Shown: piece after piece, positions 55,771 through 64,000 of the stretch
Numbering within the stretch: the first letter of the stretch is position 1
How the letters are laid out: the number at the start of each line of letters is the position of its first letter
Assembly: GCF_009914755.1 (NCBI RefSeq)
Contig: NC_060927.1
DNA: 64,000 nucleotides
Direction: 5' to 3' (one strand)
Origin: the human T2T-CHM13v2.0 reference genome, Homo sapiens
Made by a program: the position numbers and the translations under genes
Notes under the pieces: model-generated
What the model was told of the DNA's origin: nothing
Database searches by the model: none
The model's input: the letters and a program-made list of their open reading frames with translations, nothing else

Positions 55771-57254
55771 GAGAGGGTGGACATCGGCCACAGCCACCTT
55801 GTCTTTGCTCTTACCCTGTGTCTTGCATGGTTTGGAGGTGGTGGGAAAACCGAGGCTGCTCAAAACTCGTGGAGAATTCCGCCTGCAGGATGACATGAAT
55901 GCACCTTCGCATTGCCTACCAACAGACCTTTTTTGAGCATCTCTGTGGACCAGGAGTGGTGATGGGGGAGGGGATATTGTGGTGAACATGACAGGCATTG
56001 CCTTCACCCAGTGGGGCTCAGCGCTGGGTGAGAAGGCATTGAGAATGGACATTGTCAATTGGGCAAAAGGAGGCCAAGGAGAAGTGCTGGGTGCATGGGA
56101 ACTGAAAAAGACAGGAGGCTCAGCAGGTCTTGGAGCTGGGAGAGGGACAGCAGCAGCGGCTGTTCCAAAGGAAGCAACAGCTGAGAGAGATCTCAGAGAG
56201 TTGTTCTCAGCCCAGTGGAGCATGTTCTTCGGGCAGAGGGAACAGCGTGTGCAAAAGCCCAGAGGCTGGGAAAGAAGCAGAAAGAGGACTGTGGGGCTGG
56301 AGCGTGGTGGGCAAGGGGAGAGAGGTGTGGTGGGCAGACAGATTGCCTGGGACCCAGCCGTGCAGGGACAGAGGAGATAGGGGATCCTTGCAGGCCCCCA
56401 GCCAGGGCTCAGGCACAGAGACAATGCAGGTGGGCAAAGGGAGGAGATGTGGGGAAATATTTTGGAGGCATGCCCTGATGAATGAGCCCAGGATGCACCC
56501 TTAGTGTCAGTGTGGAGCTCCTTCCTTGGCTGTGTGATGAGCTTCACCCGGGGGTATTTTCTGGACATTGAGGTGCTACACCCAGAGTCCAGGACAGGCT
56601 AAGTGAGCACCAGCAGCTCCTGGCCTACCTCAAAAGCAGGAGAGACAGGGGAGACTGGGGAGGCCGGGAGGAAGGGGAATCCAGGAAGGCAGGAGAGGCC
56701 ATGGAAGCAGAGGAGGCCAGGGAGGCAGTGGAGGCAGGAGAGGCTGGGGAGGCTGTGTCCTTTCCATGATTCTGCCCAGGATCCTAGGCCCCTGTACTCC
56801 CTGAGCTTCCCCACCCCCAGCACTGGAACCATGTTGCACAATGGTCTCTCCACTAAGATCCTGATGGCGGCCCCTATCCTGCTGTGCTCCCTATTTCAAC
56901 CCTAACAGCTCTCACAGTGGGCAGCACATAGTAGGTGCTCAGGAAACACTGGTGGGAGAGCACATGGGTCTGCTTAGCACCTTCCTCTCTCCTCCAGCTC
57001 TCCCCTGTCATGAAATAATTCTGATAACGACACATGGCCTTTGAGACCCTCTTCTATTACTTTCCATATGCTAATCCATCTATACCTCACAGCAGCCCTG
57101 GGGGTGGGTGCTATTACGATGCCCATTTTACAGAGGAGGAGACTGACGTATAAAGAGGGTAAGTGACATAGGCACACTACAGGGGCCGGGGCCAAGTGAT
57201 TGCAGCACTCAATCCCCAAAGGCAAGGTGGATGCAGTTACCATAAAAGACAGCA

Positions 57255-57780
57255 GAGTCAAAGCTGCAACCAGAATAGCCTGACTCGCAGAGACCTATGG
57301 TGCCAGCTGATTGTGGCATTCCTAGAAGTGAAATAGATAAGAAGCCTGCCACATTTTTACTTGATCTGTGTTTGCAGAAGAGTTCTAGGTCAGGTGAGTA
57401 GAAGTCTAATCTGAATCATAGAGTCACAGTCCCCAGTCAATTCCCAGAAATAAGCCAGTTCACAGACCCAGAGTCCCGTGTCCGAATGGGAAGCCAGGTC
57501 CCCTCCAGAAAGGACTCTGCTCCACTGCCAAAAATTTATACTGTCAATTTTTCTCCCAGCCTGCCCCCAAAGGAATACACAGCCTTTTACCAGGCTGACT
57601 GAACAGGGGAAAAGGAACTAATGAGATCTGTGCAGGATCACTGGACACAGGCTGTGAACTGGCACTAGGGCGAGACTAGGGTCTACTAGTCAGAATAGGC
57701 ATTTTGGAGGTCAGGTGAATATTAGTGCAAGTTCATGTCATGATAGATCCATTGGGTCCCCAAATCCATTCTCTGGTTAT
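57255..57780 (+). mobile_element. ERVL/MLT2 internal fragment
   Basis: gagacctatgg...tcaattcccaga...ccagttcacagacccagagtccc...ctggacacaggctgtgaactg motifs typical of ERVL gag-pro remnants. Confidence 0.55.
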
Positions 57781-58097
57781 ATACAAAGGGGCCATGCTGA
57801 GATTCAAATTCAGGGCATCCAACATAGAGGCTGTGCTCGTACTCATGAAACATTCTGACACTAGTAACCTATTTAAAAATGCAAACACCTCCTGGGGCTA
57901 GCCAGAGTCCTCCAAACAGTCATGTAAATTGGTTCTGTCAAGGATTTCCTCCTACCCCCTGCTGAGAGCCAGTTGCAAGGAGAGACTAGGGAAGGGCATT
58001 GGGTAACTTTGTTGCTAAAAGCTGTTTTGGATAAAGACGTTTGGGAAAAGAAGCAAATAGAGTTCAGCAGAAGATGTAAGAAAGTAAGTTTATGTTT

Positions 58098-58411
<314 letters not shown>

Positions 58412-58597
58412 TTATTTTTAAGCCTGAACAAGTGTAGTGGTTTAGGCGTTCTGCAAATACGGCCCCAATCAGGCTACAAGATGTTGTGGCAGGAACACTT
58501 ACACCCAGTCACTTCTGGCCGCCTGAGCCACTTTTCAAAACACACTTGCACAGCTGTGCAGAGCGGCTGGATCCACTGGCAGCCGGCAGAGCCATAA

Positions 58598-58933
<336 letters not shown>

Positions 58934-59685
58934 CTCCTGGTAAGCACTTTTAATCAATGCAACAGGAATGAACATTTGCTGCAGAGCGGCAATGTGCAGG
59001 GAGGAACATGGTTCCACTCAGGCTCAGAAAGCAAAACCTCCTGGCTGTTTGCATCTATGCGAGAGCTCACAGGAAAAGCCCTCTGTGTGGCTGCCAGCCT
59101 CACACACTCCCCCCAAGGGATGAGTTTCTCTTTCCATGTTAATCTATGCCCTGACGTGCCATCTGTCAACCACCACACCATTCTCAGTTGACATTTCAAA
59201 GCATCTTTGCCCTGTGAATAGTCACCAGCCCTGCCCTGCAAGCCCCCAGGTGACATTGAACTTAAATGAGAGAGAAAACAGGTTTCGGGGTGGATTTCAG
59301 TTCAGCATCTTGGATTCTCTGTGTGGACATGAAATCTGTCTCCCCAGCTGTGGGCTGCATCCTTGTTTGTCATCTGGTTTGGTTCTTGGGGACTTGGAAA
59401 CACGTGGGCAGCTTTGCAATTTGTCAAGAAACTGCACAGCCCTTCCAACAAAAGCAAGCAATAGGAACAGAAGCCCAAGGCTTCAGATCAAGGTGCTACT
59501 TAAAGCAGCCTCAGTGTAAAAGCAAACAGGAGTCAGAGGGATGCTTAAGGCAGAGTCTAGTCCCCAGGGCAGCTATAAGGCAAAGAGAAAGAGAGAGAGA
59601 TAAACAGAGACAGAGACAGAGACAGAAAGACAGAGAGAGATGGGAGGAGACATGAGGCACCCAGGCCTCTGCATCAAAATCCCTA

Positions 59686-59950
<265 letters not shown>

Positions 59951-60504
59951 TTAAAAAATCTTTAAAAAGGATCACCCTGGCTACTTGAATGGATGATAAG
60001 AAGGTAAGAAGAGCAGAAGCAAGGAGACCAGCAATGAGATTCTGCAGGTGAGAGTCCACAGTGGCTCAGACCAGGCTGGCGCTGAAGACCGGCTGGATTC
60101 TGTATATATTTTGATAATGAAGCAACTCATTGACTCTTGAAGAGTGGGCTCTAGGAGAATGTATTTTTAACAAGCTCTCAGAGGATTCTAATGCAGGCTG
60201 AAGTTCAAGAACTCCTGATTTAGGTGAAGCTTCTGTTTCATCCTTGGGGAAGTACCTACTGACTTTTCTCCAAGGCACCTCAAAAGAGGGGCTAGACAAG
60301 AAGTGCTCCAATGTCTGAACATGTGTGCACAGCTCTAGAGCCGACCTCAGGACACTGAGTTAAAGGTTAGGAGTACAACAGTGAACAACCACCATCCTCT
60401 TTTCAATGAGCTTTGCATTTAATGAGAGAAATAAAAGGCAAAAAAAAAATCATTTTCAACTCAGAATGGTAAGAGTTATGGTGACAGTATGCCTGGGGCA
60501 ATAG

Positions 60505-60826
<322 letters not shown>

Positions 60827-62817
60827 GCCAGGAGATAGGTGGGCATCCAATCTATATCAGGTGGTCAGAAATACTTCTCCATCACAGTACTCCTAAGTTG
60901 AAGACTAGGAAATGGTAGGAATTAGCCAGGTTGATAGGAGAGGTGTGGAAGATCATTCCCAGCAGAGGGAAGAGCTTGTGCAAAAATCAAGACATGAGAG
61001 GGTGAGGAGCTGAGAGATGTTCATATAATTGTAAAAAGTGACTAATATAGAGGTAAGTTAGAGCCAAATCTTAAAGGCTCTTTGTCATGTTTATCCTGTA
61101 GACAAAGGGAGACAGTAGATGTTTTTAGGCAGGGGAGTAATGATCCACTTTGTGCTATAAAAAGAGTAGTCTGGCTGGAGGAGAGTGGGAGGTGAGTAGA
61201 CCAGGTAGGAGGCTGCAATACACCAAGTGAGACAAGATGGTTGGCTGGACTAAGGCTGTGGCAGTGAGGATGGAGAGGAGACAGTAGACTAACTTGACTG
61301 AGAAAGAGGGAGGAATGCAGGATGAGGCCCAGGTGTTTTGGAAGCTGGGTGGATGGTGGTGTGAATCTGATGTGGTGAGCCCAGGCAAAAAAGGAAATCA
61401 GGAGAGGAAAGGTAAGATGAGGTCAATGCAAGACAGACAGCCAAGTGAAGATAACCATTGGGCAGTTGGATTCATCAGCCTGGAGTTATACAGAGAGCTC
61501 TGGAATGGAAATAAAGAGGAAAGGACTTTGGGAATACGTGAATCCTCCCTGAATAATATGTAGAGAAGGGAGAATAAAACACAGGGGACAGAGAAAGGGA
61601 AGATATTTGTTATTAAAACCAACCATCCATCAGACATCTTGTAATAAAACACTTGTTAGAGGTTTCCTCAGTGTGAGTTATTCAGGACCAGAGCTAAAGA
61701 CCATATTCCCAATAAAATCACTGCTGGGAAGGTCTTCATGAAAACATTTAATGCTGCTTTTAAAACAACAACAACAACAACAACAACAAAAAGGCTTTAG
61801 CTACTGCACAGACCCTGCAGCAACTTTTCGGCAAGAGTCTATCAAACACGAATCTGATCTGACTCAAGGAGGTGTCATACCAAGTGTAAAAATCCAATTC
61901 CAATGTCCATAAGAGCCTTTCTGCCAGGTACAAGACCCTAATCCAATTGACGTGATTTTCTATTGATTAATAGGCTGAGAATACACAGGTTGTTGGTTTT
62001 TCAGATTTCCCTCCCTGTGCCTTCATGCCAGCTGTGAAAGAGTCAAAAGGCTCCCAACTGTCAAAATAAAAATGACACTTGGTCACAGAGGAAACAGATT
62101 ATAGGTCAATCACCTTGATGACTTTTTAACTATGAGGAGCCATTAATGTTACTGAATAAGCAAATCTGTTTGCATAACCAGATTTTTATAGGCTCCTGGG
62201 AATAAAGGCTTTCCTAAGTGGGTGATTTGTACAAAGATAGCCTTTGGGTCTCTGATGGAACAGCTCTGATGAGGAAATGTTCCTTTAATTATATGGAAGG
62301 CCAATTACCACGTTATAGCAACATTGTTTTGCATATTGCATATAATTTCACCATTTCCATAGCTTCAGAACTATAATTCTGGAGAAAACTCAAGCACCAA
62401 GAAGATACTTGAGGCACATTATGCTGGAGATAAAGATGTTTTAGCGAATTCAATTTAAGCTGCAACATTAAAGTTATTTTGTTGGATAAAATGTAATGCA
62501 ATAATGAGCTTGTGTATGTCAACTCTATAGTGGAGGTAATAATAGCTAGAGAGAGTATGTCCCATCTCCTCTTTTTCATGCTCATTCAAGTAATAGATAA
62601 TGCTATAGAGAGAACATTTCTCTAATATGTGCTTCATCTCAGGCTAAGCGTGTTTTGTGCAACTGCGCTTCATGAAAAACAAAAAGGTAAAGGAACTAAT
62701 TTGGGAGCCATTCACAAAAGTGCTACCACTTGATGTTATTTTATACTCTGAGATTTCTTATTCCCAGTGCCTACCAGGAATGGACTTTCTGGAGAAGCTC
62801 AGATTAATCACTCCTTA

Positions 62818-64000
62818 TGAGAGGTGACAGCGTGCTGGCAGAACTCACAGCCCTCACTCGCTCTCGGCACCTCCTCTGCCTGGGCTCCCACTTTGGTGGC
62901 ACTTGAGGAGCCCTTCAGCCCGTGGCTGCATGATGGGAGCCCCTTTCTGGGCTGGCCAAGGTTGGAGCTGGCTCCCTCAGCTTGCAGGGAGGTGTGGAGG
63001 GAGAGGTGCGAGCCGGAACCGGGGCTGACCCCGGCGCTTCCCTGCCAGCTGGAGTTCCAGGTGGGCATGGGCTTGGCTGGCCCACACTAGGAGCGGCTGG
63101 CCGGCCCTGCCGGCCCCGGGCAGTGAGGGGGCTTAGCACCTGGGCCAGCAGCTGCTGTGCTCAACTTCTCACTGGGCCTTAGCTGCCTCCCCACAGGGCA
63201 GGGCTTGGGACCTGCAGCCCTCCATTCCTGAGCCTCCCCCACTCCGTGGGCTCCTGTGCGGCCCGAGCCTCCCCGACGAGCACCACCCCCTGCTCCATGG
63301 CGCCCAGTCCCATTGACCACCCAAGGGCTGAGGAGTGTGGGCGCATGGTGAGGGACTGGCAGGCAGCTCCACCTGTGGCTCCTGTGTGGGATCCACTGGG
63401 TGAAGCCAGCGGGGCTCCTGAGTCTGGTGGGGACTTGTAGAACTTTTATGTCTAGCTAAGGGATTGTAAATACACCAATTGGCACTCTGTATCTAGCTCA
63501 AGGTTTGTAAACACACCAATCAGCACCCTGTGTCTAGCTCAGGGTTTGTTAATGCACCAATCAACACTCTGTATCTAGCTACTCTGGTGGGGACTTGGAG
63601 AACCTTTCTGTGGACACTCTGTATCTAGCTAGTCTAGTGGGGACGTGGAGAACCTTTGTGTCTAGCTCAGGGATTGTAAACGCACCAGTCAGCACCCTGT
63701 CAAAACAGACCACTCAGGCTCTCTGTAAAATGGACCAATCAGCAGGATGTGGGTGGGACCAGGTAAAAGAATAAAAGCAGGCTGCCCGAGCCAGCAGTGG
63801 CAACCCACTGGGGTCCCCTTCCACGCTGTGGAAGCTTTGTTGTTTTGCTCTTTGCAATAAATCTTGCTGCGGCTCAGTCTTTGGGTCCACACTGCCTTTA
63901 TGAGCTGCAACACTCACTGAGAAGGTCTGCATCTTCACTCCTGAAGCCAGTGAGACCACGAACCCACCGGGAGAAATGAACAATTCCAGACGGGCCGCCT
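62818..64000 (+). mobile_element. LTR12C (ERV9/HERV9 LTR), truncated by the window edge
   Basis: tgagaggtgacagcgtgctggcag start; ~40-bp U3 repeats with CCAAT boxes (63476, 63517, 63557, 63735); AATAAAA TATA-like box at 63770; R/U5 cttcactcctgaagccag repeats. Confidence 0.95.

Noticed and set aside
55114-56568. 484-aa minus-strand ORF
   Set aside because: Low-complexity read-through of GC-rich island and L2 sequence; only its last ~35 aa before the donor correspond to the frameshifted exon

Overview
Primate (human/great-ape-like) genomic DNA, mostly transposable-element derived. There is no intact cellular gene, and no rRNA, tRNA or CRISPR array. Left to right: a decayed near-full-length L1MA (~0.5-11.9 kb) carrying a complete THE1 MaLR, Alus and an antisense L1PB; a truncated HERV-K(HML-2) remnant whose env is replaced by ~250 bp of non-viral DNA, with a 3' LTR5 (12.2-14.1 kb); an RPS3A processed pseudogene nested in an Alu nested in another Alu; an old type-2 HERV-K(HML-2) provirus (26.6-35.2 kb) lacking most of its 5' LTR but keeping open pro and Rec frames; an Alu/MIR/L2-rich region with an unusual self-complementary CTNAG/AGCT minisatellite (46.35-46.79 kb); a CpG island (~55 kb) with a CTCF motif and a minus-strand first coding exon, followed by six phase-compatible candidate exons that look like a decayed multi-exon gene; and an LTR12C running off the right end. 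This content resembles the hominoid OR7E/FAM86/ALG1L-associated segmental-duplication family (recalled, not verified here). Repeat subfamily names are by eye and boundaries are approximate unless TSDs are quoted.
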